From Rhodococcus sp. (in: high G+C Gram-positive bacteria) (GTDB lineage: Bacteria > Actinomycetota > Actinomycetes > Mycobacteriales > Mycobacteriaceae): DNA of 47,019 nt. The translations under genes were made by a program, and so were the position numbers. A model generated the notes under the pieces. That model made no database searches. It saw only the letters and a list, made by a program, of their open reading frames with translations, and was not told the DNA's origin. The stretch lies in the NCBI GenBank assembly GCA_012515885.1, contig JAAYXN010000105.1, forward strand, positions 1 to 47,019, read 5' to 3'. Within the stretch, counting starts at the first letter, position 1. Every line of letters starts with the position of its first letter. This document shows positions 8,701 to 19,800 of the stretch, one piece after another.

Positions 8701-9769
8701 CGGCCTAGTGCGTCGGTGGACGCTCTCTGACGCGGTTTTGACGGGTCATTCGCTGCGGGTGGCAACACCGGCTGTGAGCGCGGATGGACGCGTCATGGTC
8801 ACCGGTTCGCGTGATACGACGGCTGTGGTGTGGGATGTGCCGCCTGGGCAGGTGCCACGCAAGCGTGCCCAGGTGTCCTCCCCGGATGGTCTCGGGATTG
8901 AGGCGGTCGCGATCTCTGATGAGGGAACGCAGATGGCGACGGTGAGCCTGGGGTCGGGTCATATCCAGTTATGGAACATCGCTGGCGACCCGGTTCCGCA
9001 GGGCCCGCCTTTGACTGTGGCTGCCCGTTACACACACGCGGTGGCGTTCAGTCCGGGTGGGGACCTACTGGCCACTGCGTCCGACGACCAGTCGTTGCAG
9101 TTGTGGCAACTGCGTGATGGGCAGCCGCCGGTACCGGCCGGTCCCCCGCTCATCGGGGCCGGTGGCTGGATCAATGGGATTGAATTCAGCCCCGACGGCA
9201 CGCTCCTGGCGGCAGCGAGTAGCGATCAGAAAATTCATGTGTGGGATGTCTCTGCGCCGTCCGCACCGACGCGCGCGATGCCGCCGCTGACTGGGCATGA
9301 CGGCGCCGTCAACTCGGTGTCATTTAGCGCCGACGGCGACACCCTTGCTAGCAGCAGCGATGACCAAACCATCCGGATCTGGACGAAGAAGGATGACGGT
9401 TGGGCGCCGGGTGGGGTGTTGACGGGGCACACGAGCACGATTCGTTCGGTGTCGTTTGCTCCGCAGGGCCGCATCCTCGCCAGCGGCAGCGATGACCAAA
9501 GCGTGCGGCTCTGGAACGTCGACGACCCTGACAATCCCCATGCGGTCGGTGATTCGATTGTTCCGGCAGGGACGGTGCGCTGGCGTGTGGTGTATGGCGC
9601 GAGCCCTGACGTCCTCCTTGCTGCAGGCGAAGGTGGCGCTGTTCGAATGCTCGACCTCAATATCGAACACGCACGTGACCGGGTCTGCCGGGCGACTGGC
9701 GGTGAACTACTCGAACCCACATGGGCCAAGTACCTCACGGACGAAAAGTTCCAGTCCCCATGCACCTGA
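5786..9769 (+). CDS. HTH-like + nSTAND1-type NTPase + TM helix + 14 WD40 repeats
   Basis: PYRGL-AF...FFGR, Walker A GASGSGKSS, Walker B VLVIDQCEELF, LPLLSHAL and HEALL-AWPRL--WL motifs. Hydrophobic helix VLVVALTVLAIVASVAAV. About 14 GH...VAFSPDG...WD repeats. Confidence 0.92.
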   Translation: MEDLDSSDHPRAKFAERFSLLYDVAGRPVLKRLADHANAAIVVTDSRRSVFVSAQRLSDWRSGRNVPARFEGLAATVRVLIAAARSRQPQPPVDGLYSVRVWQQWWEQAARSEVGTPRASAAPPPTPAVEVTEPPYRGLAAFTAQDSRFFFGRGRASEALATLVRASIAVRAPSEGDDLDPAVPEPDELDAEPLSLSVLVGASGSGKSSLLYAGLAPLLAPEYELVALTPGSQPITKLTEALAAVPVGTRTVLVIDQCEELFTQTVDDHLRTQFIDQLTTIARTGRYGTVVVDAVVIAVRADFYEQCLRYPQLASSLQDAQMVLGQMTPAEITSAVECPAHLVGVPVEPGLVNLMLRDLGAPPALEGVDTPELSAAQYSAGALPLLSHALLATWQARTGAELSIRAYTSVGGVHGAVARTADQVWEGLSPRQQVAARQLLTELVTVSEDGPDTRRKVHRSDLLAACTDSIDAAGALRQLISSRLVTSDSHGVELTHEALLHAWPRLADWLREDRANAVLRQRIDKDAREWDQHDRDRSLLYRGLRLESALAWTADHSNRILPTTRAFVTAAEKHGRAVRLRGRVLVVALTVLAIVASVAAVTAHFQRAAATDQRNAAQYAELLAQASRAQVSDPSRSAQLALTAHEGRPDDAAAYTMTVATQNAPLASELGAHGGAVYHTAVSSTGIAASASYDRTIRLWDVARGVQVGPALEGHTSWVTSVAFSPDGRILASGSGDRTVRLWDVSDPESPRPIGIPREGHTGAIYMVAFAPDGRTVASASDDSTVRLWSIGDSGNSDAPDPTGDGTVLSGHSAAVRSVAFAPDGQMLVSGSDDHTARLWDLRRPLAPTVIGAPLVGHSDTVHSVAFSPDGTLLATGSDDQSVRLWFTNGHTQPLPAREPLTGHDAAIWSIGFSPDGSALVSASWDGTAKIWSLADPNTPTTLGQPLAGSSGGLTTAVFTPDGHSVLTGGQDGLVRRWTLSDAVLTGHSLRVATPAVSADGRVMVTGSRDTTAVVWDVPPGQVPRKRAQVSSPDGLGIEAVAISDEGTQMATVSLGSGHIQLWNIAGDPVPQGPPLTVAARYTHAVAFSPGGDLLATASDDQSLQLWQLRDGQPPVPAGPPLIGAGGWINGIEFSPDGTLLAAASSDQKIHVWDVSAPSAPTRAMPPLTGHDGAVNSVSFSADGDTLASSSDDQTIRIWTKKDDGWAPGGVLTGHTSTIRSVSFAPQGRILASGSDDQSVRLWNVDDPDNPHAVGDSIVPAGTVRWRVVYGASPDVLLAAGEGGAVRMLDLNIEHARDRVCRATGGELLEPTWAKYLTDEKFQSPCT

Positions 9770-9802
9770 GCTGTACAGGCAGGGTGTGACTGACAGGTAT
9801 AT

Positions 9803-10135
9803 CTAGCGGAGCCGTTCTGCGTCCCGCGCTCGCTGCACCAACTCTGCGCATAGGGCCGCTAGTTCGTCGCGGCTCGCGTTCTCGTCGACGGCGGTAGCGA
9901 TGTCTTCCGCGGCGGCACGCACCTCGAAAGCACGATCAGCGAGGGCCCGGGCCTCCTCCGCGGTGAGAATGACCGAATCCGGCGCCAGATCGGCACGACG
10001 AACTTGGCTGCGCTGTTCATAGGCGCGTTGACGGCAGGATTGACGACAATAGCGGCGACGGCGACCCACTTCTGAGTCGGCAACTTCGCGGCCGCACCAC
10101 AAGCAAGATTCGAGGCGGCGTGAAACGGATGCCAT
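9803..10135 (-). CDS. Conserved hypothetical protein (Rv2049c-like; CxxC...CxxxC zinc motif)
   Basis: CLWCGR...GRRRRYCRQSCRQRAYEQR. Divergent from rbpA as in mycobacteria. TAGGGT lies 8 nt before the ATG. Confidence 0.8.
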   Translation of the reverse strand: MASVSRRLESCLWCGREVADSEVGRRRRYCRQSCRQRAYEQRSQVRRADLAPDSVILTAEEARALADRAFEVRAAAEDIATAVDENASRDELAALCAELVQRARDAERLR

Positions 10136-10195
10136 GTCGAGTCACCCTACTGGGCGGTTGCCGGTAAGCTGGCGTGGTTGCGATGCAGACACCCC

Positions 10196-10223
10196 GGGAA
10201 CCTTTATGGGCTCGGGCGCGTTG
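10196..10223 (+). promoter_or_regulatory. SigE/SigH (SigR)-type promoter of rbpA
   Basis: GGGAAC-N17-CGTTG, matching the ECF consensus, about 85 nt upstream of rbpA. Confidence 0.8.
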
Positions 10224-10307
10224 TATCTACGTGTGCTTGTTCGGGTACCTGCAGGGTTAGGTACCTACCAGCGGACACACAGAATTGACCGACGAGAGGA
10301 CACCACC

Positions 10308-10646
10308 ATGGCAGATCGCGTACTTCGAGGTAGCCGACTCGGAGCGGTGAGCTACGAGACCGACCGTGACCATGATCTCGCGCCCCGCCGGATGGCGAAG
10401 TACCGGTGCGACAACGGTGAGGTGTTCGATATCCCGTTTGCTGACGACGCGGAGATCCCGGGCACCTGGCTGTGCCGCAATGGTCTGGAAGGCACCCTGG
10501 TTGAGGGCACTGCCCCGGAAGCCAAGAAGGTAAAGCCGCCCCGTACCCACTGGGACATGCTGCTTGAGCGTCGGAGCACCGAAGAGCTTGAAGAGCTTCT
10601 CAAGGAGCGCCTCGACCTGATTAAGGCCAAGCGCCGCGGCGCGTAA
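10308..10646 (+). CDS. rbpA: RNA polymerase-binding protein RbpA
   Basis: MADRVLRGSRLGAVSYETDR...KPPRTHWDMLLERRS-EELEELL. The true start is ATG 10308 (GAGAGGA RBS), not the longer ORF-track start. Confidence 0.97.
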   Translation: MADRVLRGSRLGAVSYETDRDHDLAPRRMAKYRCDNGEVFDIPFADDAEIPGTWLCRNGLEGTLVEGTAPEAKKVKPPRTHWDMLLERRSTEELEELLKERLDLIKAKRRGA

Positions 10647-10660
10647 TACCGCAGAACAGC

Positions 10661-10704
10661 AAGGTGGGGCGGTATCGGAGAAATCCGATACCGCCCCACC
10701 TTTT
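10661..10704 (+). terminator. Intrinsic terminator after rbpA
   Basis: Perfect 19-bp stem AAGGTGGGGCGGTATCGGA-GAAA-TCCGATACCGCCCCACCTT followed by T residues. Confidence 0.88.
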
Positions 10705-10723
10705 GCATTTCTCACTGCCGTTG

Positions 10724-10799
10724 ACCGTTCCCGCATGCCCTTTCTACTCGTGCATGCGCAATTGCCGATCCGGGAAGACAAACCGCATGCGGGAACGGT
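10724..10799 (-). terminator. Second inverted repeat just after the NRPS stop
   Basis: ACCGTTCCCGCATGC (10724-10738) and GCATGCGGGAACGGT (10785-10799) form perfect 15-bp arms around a 46-nt loop. Confidence 0.5.
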
Positions 10800-10816
10800 T
10801 TCGCTGCTGCTGCGTC

Positions 10817-13800
10817 TTACTTCCAGGCGGCGGTGCGATCATCACTGCCCGGTGTGGTCGATGACGGCGCCGGGTCCAGTGCCGGTGCGATGGCCGCCAG
10901 CGAATCCGGTGTGGTCATCGTCCAGTGCGTCGCAGGAACCCTGTGCACGGCGAGGTTGCCGTGAATGTACGGCGCCCACGATCGCTGCGGGGCCGGGTGC
11001 ACAGCCTCATCGAGTCCAGCTTCAAAGAACGTGACATCACCGGTGTACAGACCCGGTTGATGGTCGCCAAGGAGCCCGACGGTACTGGTGGCTGCCGCAT
11101 AGATACGGCCGAGCTGCTCGGCCGTCAACGCGCCCAGCGGGCCTTCCACACCGACAAGTAGCTGTGCGACCAGTTCCGGCTGGAACGCTTCACTGGTCAA
11201 CAGCTCGTCGCTGAGTGATTCGCCGATCAGCGCGGTTGCTGCTGCCGGGTCCACACCGAACCCTGCGAGCAGGTCGGCGACGCTGACGTCTTGCGATCCG
11301 TACTGCTCCTGATCGATATCGACGTAGCTGTCGAAAATGCCGAGGATCGCGACCTCTTCACCGAGTTCTTGGAACTGGACAGCCATTTCGTGGGCGATGA
11401 CGCCGCCGAACGACCAGCCAGCGAGGTGGTACGGACCGTGTGGCTGAATCGCACGGACTTCACGGACATACCGGGACGCGTACTCGACGATGCTCGGCGG
11501 CTCCGGTTCGCCGGTCAAAACCGGTGACTGCAAACCGATGATGGGTCGGCTGGTGCGCAGTTCCTGACTCAAGCCCGCATAGCTCCACGCCAAACCGACG
11601 AACGGGTGCACGCAGAACAGCGGCGACTCTTCACCGCGCGGCCGGATCGGTAGGACGACGTCAAAGGCGCCGCCGCTATCGAGAACACCATCGGTCATGG
11701 ACTGCTGTACGCGACGTCCCAGGCTTTGCGGAGTGGGGTCGGTAAACATCCACTGCAACGGGAATTCGGTGCCCAGGCTCTCCGATACCGACCGTGCCAC
11801 AGACGTGGCGAGCAGCGAGTTGCCGCCGAGGTCGAAGAAGTTATCGAGAATGCCGACCCGCTCCACGTCGAGAACCGTCGCGAACGCTGTCGCGATCGTG
11901 AATTCGGCTGCGGTGCGCGGGGCCACGTACGTCGCGGTGCTCACACCAATTTCGGGTGCGGGCAGCGCCTTGCGATCGAGCTTGCCGCTCGGGCTGAGCG
12001 GGAAGGTATCGAGCACCACGTAGTGCGCGGGAACCATGTAGGACGGGACACGCTCGGACACGTACGTCGGTAGTGCCCCGGTATCTGCTGGCAGAGCCGA
12101 GTCGACGTCGGCCACCACGTACGCGACGAGCGACTGCTCACCGCGTTCGTCGGTGTGCACGGTCACGGCCGCCTGAGTGATGTCCTCGTGCGTCAGCAGG
12201 GCAGCTTCGATCTCACCGAGTTCGATGCGCTGACCACGCAGCTTGACCTGGAAGTCGCTGCGGCCCACATACTCCAGAGCGCCATCACGCAGGCGCCGCA
12301 CCAGGTCACCGGTGCGGTACATACGCGTACCGGGCGCTAACGGGTTAGCGACGAAGCGGTCTGCGGTCAGATCCGGGCGCGCGACATACCCTTGCGCGAG
12401 CTGAACACCTGCAAGGTACAGCTCACCGACGACACCGACTGGGACGCGGCGCAGACGTGCGTCGAGCACGTGAGCCTGCGTGTTCCATACCGGGTGACCG
12501 ATCGGGATCGAGTGCTCTTCGGCGCCGTCGACGGCCCACGAGGTGACGTCCACGGCGGCTTCGGTGGGCCCGTACAGGTTGTACAGGCGCGCATTGGGCA
12601 GCAGTTCGGTGAACGTGTGGGCGGTATCGACTGGCAGCGCCTCACCGGAAGCGAACACCTGCCGCAGGCTGGTGCAGCGCGCCGCAGACGGTTCCGCCGT
12701 AAACACCGACAGCATCGATGGCACGAAGTGTGCGGTCGTGACGCCCTGTTCGAGGATCATCGCGGCCAAGCGCGCCGGGTCGCGATGCGCGTCAGGTGCG
12801 GCGATCGCGAGGCGGGCACCAACCTGCAGCGGCCAGAACAGCTCCCACACCGATACGTCGAAGGTCACGGGGGTCTTTTGGACCACCACATCGTCAGCAG
12901 TGAGCTGGTATTCGGATTGCATCCACAGCAGACGGTTCACGATGGCGCCGTGGGTAACGGCGACACCCTTCGGTTTGCCGGTAGAGCCGGACGTAAAGAT
13001 CACGTACGCAACATCTGCTGGCGAGCAGGCCACAGCGACACGCTCAGCGACCGGAGTCAGAGTGAGGGTGTCAATGTTGATGACCGGTGCACTGGTCGGG
13101 ATGGTGCGCGGGTTGACTTCGCGGACCAATACCAGTGCGGGCGTGGCGGTCTCAAGGATGTGGCTGATCCGCTCCACCGGGTGATCGGGGTCGATGGGCA
13201 CGTAGCCGGCACCGGCACGCTGCACCGCATACATCGCGGTCAGCATCTCGATGCTGCGGCGCATCGCCACTGCCACCAGTGAGCCTGGCGTAACGCCGTG
13301 CTCGATGAGCTGGGCAGCCATCGCATTGACCCGAGCATCGAACTCGCCGTAGGTCAGGGTCGTATCACCGAATGTGACCGCGGGCTGATCCCTGTGGCGT
13401 GCAGCCGCGTCAGCGAACAGGGACACGAGCGTGGCGTCAGGAATCGACACCTCGGTCGCGTTGCTGGCGGTCAGCGCTGCCTGTTCCTTGGGTGCCAACA
13501 GATTCACATCGCCGACCGGCATCGCTGGGTTGGTTGCCAATGCCCGGGCGAGGACGCGGAAACGGCCAGCGAAGACGGCCACGGTTGACTCGTCGAACAG
13601 GTCGCTCGCATACGTCCAGTGCGCGGTGATTCCGTCGGGAGCGCCGTCGTCGGTGAACTTCTCCACCAGCGTGAGCTGCAGATCAAACTTGGCGACGGGC
13701 ACATCGACGTCGACACCTGACACTTCAAGGCCGCCGAGGGTCAACGTGGGCTGCTCATGGTTCTGGAACGTGAGCATCACCTGGAACAGCGGGTGACGGC

Positions 13801-16800
13801 CCGTAGAGCGCGGCGGATCTACCGCTTCTACGACGCGTTCGAACGGCAGGTCAGCATGCGCGAACGCATCCAGGTCGATCTCGCGGACCTGCTCGAGCAG
13901 TCCGGTGAAGGATTGACCGAAGTCGATGGGCGTACGCAGCACGAGGGTGCCCACGAACATACCGATGAGGTCATCGAGTTCGCGTTCACCGCGGCCTGCG
14001 ACCGGCGTACCGATCGTGATGTCCGATGAACCCGACAGGCGTGCCAACAGAGCCGACAGCGCCGCGTGGGCAACCATGAACACAGATGTGCCGGAATGAC
14101 GTGCAAGCTCACTCATTGCCGCGTGCGTCTTGGCGTCCAGCTCAGTTTTGACGGTGCCACCTGCATAGGTCGCCTCTACTGGACGTGGCCGGTCGGTCGG
14201 CAACTCCAGCTCGGCAGGCGCGCCAGCAAGAGCGTTCTGCCAGAACGTGATCTGCTGCGCGATCAACGATTCCGGATCGGATTCGTCACCGAGCAGCTCA
14301 CGCTGCCACAGCGCGTAGTCGGCGTACTGGACGGGCAGCGGCTCCCACGTCGGGGCTTGGCCTGCGACATGAGCGCTGTAGGCAGCCATGACATCACGCA
14401 CCATCGGGCCCGCGGACCATCCGTCTGCAGAAATGTGGTGGATGACCAGGGCGAGCACGTGCATGGGTTCCGGTGCGTCAGTGACCTGGATCAGACGTAC
14501 CCGTACCGGCACCTCGGCGGCGACATCGAAAGGCTGGGTGAAGAGTTCAGCCAGCGTCGAATGCAGCGCCGCCACTGTGGTGCGCTCGCCGTACACCGGT
14601 ACCTCAGACGCGGACACGATGACCTGGTGCGGTCCGTGCGCGTCGTCGGGGTAGAGCGTGCGGAGGGATTCGTGGCGTTCAAGCACATCGTCGACGGCCG
14701 AGCGCAACGCGGTCACATCCAGGTTGCCGCGCAACTGCACAGCCACCGGAATGTTGTCTGCGGCCGAGGACGGGTCCAGACGGTTGAGGAACCACAGACG
14801 CTGCTGTGCGAGCGACAGCGGTAGCCGCTCGGGGCGCTGCGTAGCGCGCAGCGGTGGACGTGTAGACGCACCGGCGGCGTGATCCAAGCGTGCCGCGAGC
14901 TCAGCGACCGTGGGTGCTTCGAACAGGGTGCGAAGTTCAACGGCCTTGCCGGTGGCCTCGGACAGGCGACTCATCACTCGGGTCGCGATCAGCGAGTTGC
15001 CTCCGAGTTCGAAGAATCCAGCATCAGCACCGACCTTGTCCACACCCAAAACGTCAGCGAATACGTTTGCCACGATCCGCTCCGACGGCGTTGCCGGTTC
15101 GCGGTATTCGCTGGTATCGCCCAGTTCCGGGGCGGGCAGTGCGCGTCGATCGAGCTTGCCGTTGACTGACAGCGGCAAGGCGTCCAGCGTCACAAAGTGG
15201 TGCGGAACCATGTATGCGGGAACGTGTGCGGACAGGTGCTGACGCAGTTGCGCGGTCTCAGCGGTTTCGCTGCCACTGACGTAGGCAACGAGAGACTGCT
15301 GGCCGTGAGCGTCGGTGTAGACCGTGACGGCTGCCTGATCCACGCTGTGGTGGGCGAGCAGCGCGGTCTCGATCTCGCCGAGTTCAATGCGGAAGCCGCG
15401 CACCTTGACCTGGAAGTCGGCGCGTTCGAGGTATTCGAGAACGAGCTTGTCGCCCTCAACCCGACGCCAGCGCACCAGGTCACCGGTGCGGTACAGCCGC
15501 TCCCCCGCATCGGTATTGCTGAACGGGTTGGCGACGAAGCGTTCAGCGGTGAGCTCTGGCCGCGCGAAGTAGCCGCGTGCCAACTGCTCGCCGCCCAGGT
15601 ACAGCTCACCGGCGACGCCCACCGCGACGGGCTTCAGTCGACGATCAAGCACGTACGTGGTGGTGTTCCACTCGGGCGCACCGATCGAAACGGTTCCGGT
15701 GTCGGTGGCGCTGGTCTGCCATGCGGTGACCGACACGGCCGCTTCTGTCGGGCCGTATAGGTTGTGCAGTGTGACGTTGCCGCCGAACGCTTGATGGAAC
15801 CGGGCTGCGGTGTCGGCGGACAGGTTCTCACCGATGCACAGCACCTGGCGTAGCGCAGGCTGATCGGCTGCATTCTCGGTGGCGAGGAACGCATCGAGCA
15901 GCGACGGCACGAAGTGTGCGGTCGTGATGTTCTGCTCACGCATCAACGCAGCAAGATACGCCGGGTCGCGGTGTCCGTCAGGACGGGCGATCACCATGCG
16001 AGCGCCGGAAATGAGCGGCCAGAACAGTTCCCACACTGACAGGTCGAAGGTGATGGGTGTCTTTTGGACGAGCCCGTCACCGGGTGCCAGCGGGTAGCGA
16101 TGCTGCTTCCACCGCATCTGGTTTGCTGCCGCAGCATGCGAGACCGCAACACCCTTGGGCTTACCGGTCGAGCCGGAAGTAAAGATGACGTAGGCCGTGT
16201 TGTCCGGTGCCGCTGCTACGGCGGACTGACGCGACGGCTGCGGAAGCGTCTCCACCTTGTCGACTTCAAGAACCTCAATGTCCGCGTGGGTGAAGCCGTC
16301 CCGGCTCGTGGTCAATACGCAACGCGGTGCAGCGGTATCGAGCACGTAGTTGATGCGCTCTGCCGGGTGGTCCAGATCGATCGGCAGGTACGCGCCGCCA
16401 GCACGCACAATGGCGTGCATCGCGATCATCAATTCCAGGCTGCGGTGCATCGCCAAACCAACAAGCACCTCGGGCCCAACACCGATGGTGCGCAACCGGG
16501 CTGCCAGATCCTCGACGAACTGATCGAACTGTGCATAGCTCAGATCGATGCCCTCGAAAGACAGGGCAATCTCGTTCGGGTACCGGGCCGCCGCATCGCG
16601 AACCAGGTCGCTGAGCGTGGCTGGCGGCAGCGATCGAGCGGTGTCGTTGACAGATTCAACAATCTCGGCGCAATCGTCAGGAGCAAGCAGCTCGATATCA
16701 CCCACACACGTAGCCGGATCCTCCGCGATAGCGGTCACGATCCGAGTGAACTGGCTGATGAATCCGCGCACGGTGCTCTCATCGAACAGATCGCGGGCGT

Positions 16801-19800
16801 ACGTCAACTGCGCGGCAATGACATCCGGTTCGCCACCATCATTGGTTTGCTCGGTCAGGGTCAGGTGGAGATCGAAATTCGACACATCGGTGTCAAGTTC
16901 GAGTCCTTCGACCGCGAGTTCGGGCAGTTCGAAGCGGGTCTTGCCGAGGTTCTGGAATGACAGCGCCACCTGGAACAGTGCGTGGTAGGCGCTTGAGCGC
17001 ACCGGGTTGATGATCTCGACGAGGCGCTCGAACGGCAGATCCTGGTGTGAGAACGCATCGAACGAGACTGAACGTGCCTGTGCCAGGAGATCACTGAACG
17101 TGGCGTGCTCGTCGACATCGGTGCGCAGCACCAGCGTGTTGACGAACATGCCCACCAGATCGTCCAGTGCGCGTTCGCCGCGACCTGCAATCGGGGCACC
17201 GATCGCGATATCGCGTTCACCGCTCAGACGTGCCAGCAGCACTGAGAACGCTGCGTGCATCACCATGAACAGCGACGCCTGGTGTTCGCGGGAGACTGCC
17301 AGCAGACGCTGGTGGGTGGCGGCGTCGATCGTGAAGTCGATGTGTCCGCCGCGCCCACTTGCTACCGGTGGACGGGGACGATCGCTCGGCAGTGACAACT
17401 GGTCCGGCAAACCAGCGAGTGTCTTTGTCCAGTAGTCGATCTGGGTCGAGATCAACGACTGCGGGTCGTCCTCGCTGCCGAGAACCTTGCGCTGCCACAG
17501 GCTGTAATCCGCGTACTGGACAGGCAGAGGCTCCCACGTCGGGGCGTTTCCTTCGCGCCGCGCCGCATACGCGAGCATTACGTCGCGTGCTAGTGGCGCC
17601 AAAGACCAGCCGTCGCCGGAAATGTGGTGCGCAACCAGCACGAACACGAAAGTGTCTGTCGTATCGGCATCGGGCGTATCGGTGACGTCAAACAGCTGTA
17701 CGCGCAGCGGAACCTGTGTGGTGACATCGAAGCCGCGCATTGCGAACTCGGTGACAGCGCCGAGCAGGTCCGCCTGTGTCGTGGCGACCGGAGTCAACTC
17801 CACCGCGGCGGCGTCCGCGTCAACAATCACCTGGTAGGGACCCGAGTCGGAATCCGGGTAACGCGTACGCAACGACTCATGACGAGCAATAACGTCGGCG
17901 ACCGCGCCGCGCAGCGCAGCGACGTCGACCTGCCCGGTCATCTTCATCGCGACCGGCAGGTTGTAGGACGGCGACGACGTGTCGAACTGGTTGAGGAACC
18001 ACATGCGCTGCTGAGCCAGCGACAGCGGAATCTGTTCGGGGCGCTCCTGCGGTACCAGGGGTTCCCGGTTCGCAGAGGCCGCTTCAGCGCTTGCGCCCGC
18101 CGCTGCGCTCTGCTGTACCAGGGCAGCGAGTTCTTCAACGGTCGGGTGCTCAAAGACATCGCGCACCGCGATCCGCACGGACAGCGCCAATTCGATCCGG
18201 GAAACCACCTGGGTGGCTACCAGCGAGTTGCCGCCGAGTTCGAAGAAGCTGTCCGTCGCACCAACCTCGGTGATCGACAGCAAGTCTTCGAAGATTGCCG
18301 CGATGGCCCGCTCACGGTCATCACGTGGCGCGACTGATTCCCGGCGAATGAACTGGGGTTCGGGCAGTGCTCGACGATCAAGTTTTCCTGCAGGTGTCAG
18401 CGGTAGTTCCGCCAGCACGGTGATCGACGCCGGAACCATGTAGGCCGGTAGACGCTCACCGACGAACGCAGACAGCTCAGCGGCGGTCACGGTCGCTTCC
18501 GGTGCGGGCAGCACGTATGAGACGAGCTGCGTCATGCCGCCAGCGCCGTCGTAGCCGACAGTGAGAGCGAAGTCGACGTCGGTGTGCGCGGTCAGCGCAG
18601 CGTCGATCTCGCCCAGTTCGATACGGAAACCGCGGATCTTGACCTGGTGGTCGGTACGGCCAACGAAGTCCAGGGTGCCGTCGGCGCGCCAGCGCACCAG
18701 GTCACCGGTGCGGTACATGCGCTGCCCGTCATCACCAAATGGGTTGGCGATGAAGCGTTCCGCGCTCAGCTCGGGACGTTCGAGGTAGCCGCGCGCGAGG
18801 GCGACGCCCGCCACGTACAGCTCACCGGCAACACCGACCGGAACGGGGTGCAACTGGGCATCAAGGACCAGTGCGGTGACGCCGCGGCTGGGTCCACCGA
18901 TGCTGACCGGCTCGCCCGCGACCAGCGGAGCGGTGATCGAGGACATGATAGTGGCCTCGCTGGGGCCGTACGCGTTGAACATCGCACGTCCCGGGGCCCA
19001 ACGGGCAACCAGTTCCGGTGGGCACACGTCGCCTGCGACGACGACCGTGCGCACGTGCTCAAGTCCGCGGTGATCCACCGATGCCAGGGCAGCCGGTGTC
19101 GCGAAAGCGTGGGTGACAGCTTCACGTCGCAGCACGTCAGCCAGTTCGTCGCCGCCGTAGATCGACTGCGGCGCAATGACGATCGTGGCACCAGCGCTCA
19201 GCGCCATCAGGATTTCGAATACTGACGCGTCGAAGCTCGGTGACGCGAAATGCAGGGTCCGCGACGACTTGTCCACGGAGAGCAGCTCACGCTCGTCAGT
19301 GACGAGGTTCGCCAGACCGGTGTGCGTGACCGCAACGCCCTTCGGCTTGCCGGTCGAGCCGGACGTGTAGATCACGTAGGCGATGTGGCCGAGCTGGATC
19401 GGAGCCATTCGGTCTGTATCGGTCAGTGCGGCAGCCGATTCTGCGTCGCGCTGCGCCGTTGCGCCAACTTCATCGAGGACGATCCAGCGGATAGTCGACG
19501 GCAAAGTCGATGCGTGCGCGCCCAGGGTCACGCCGATGTGGGCACGTGAGTCGGACACCATGTGCTCGATACGGTCCGCTGGGTAACCCGGGTCGACCGG
19601 CACAAATGCGGCACCGGTTTTCGCGACCGCCCAGATGGCCAGGATCGATTCGAGGGAACGCGGCAATGCCAGCGCCACCCGTGACTCGGGGCCGACGCCG
19701 CGATCAACGAGGACCCGTGCGAGCTGGTTCGAACGCTCATCGAGTTTGCGGTAGCTGATCGAGTGAGAACCACTGGTGCTGTTGCTGCCGCTTGTGCCAC

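Noticed and set aside
10134-10307. 58-aa N-terminal extension of RbpA in the ORF track
   Set aside because: It covers the ECF promoter and the divergent gene's promoter. The conserved start and RBS are at 10308.
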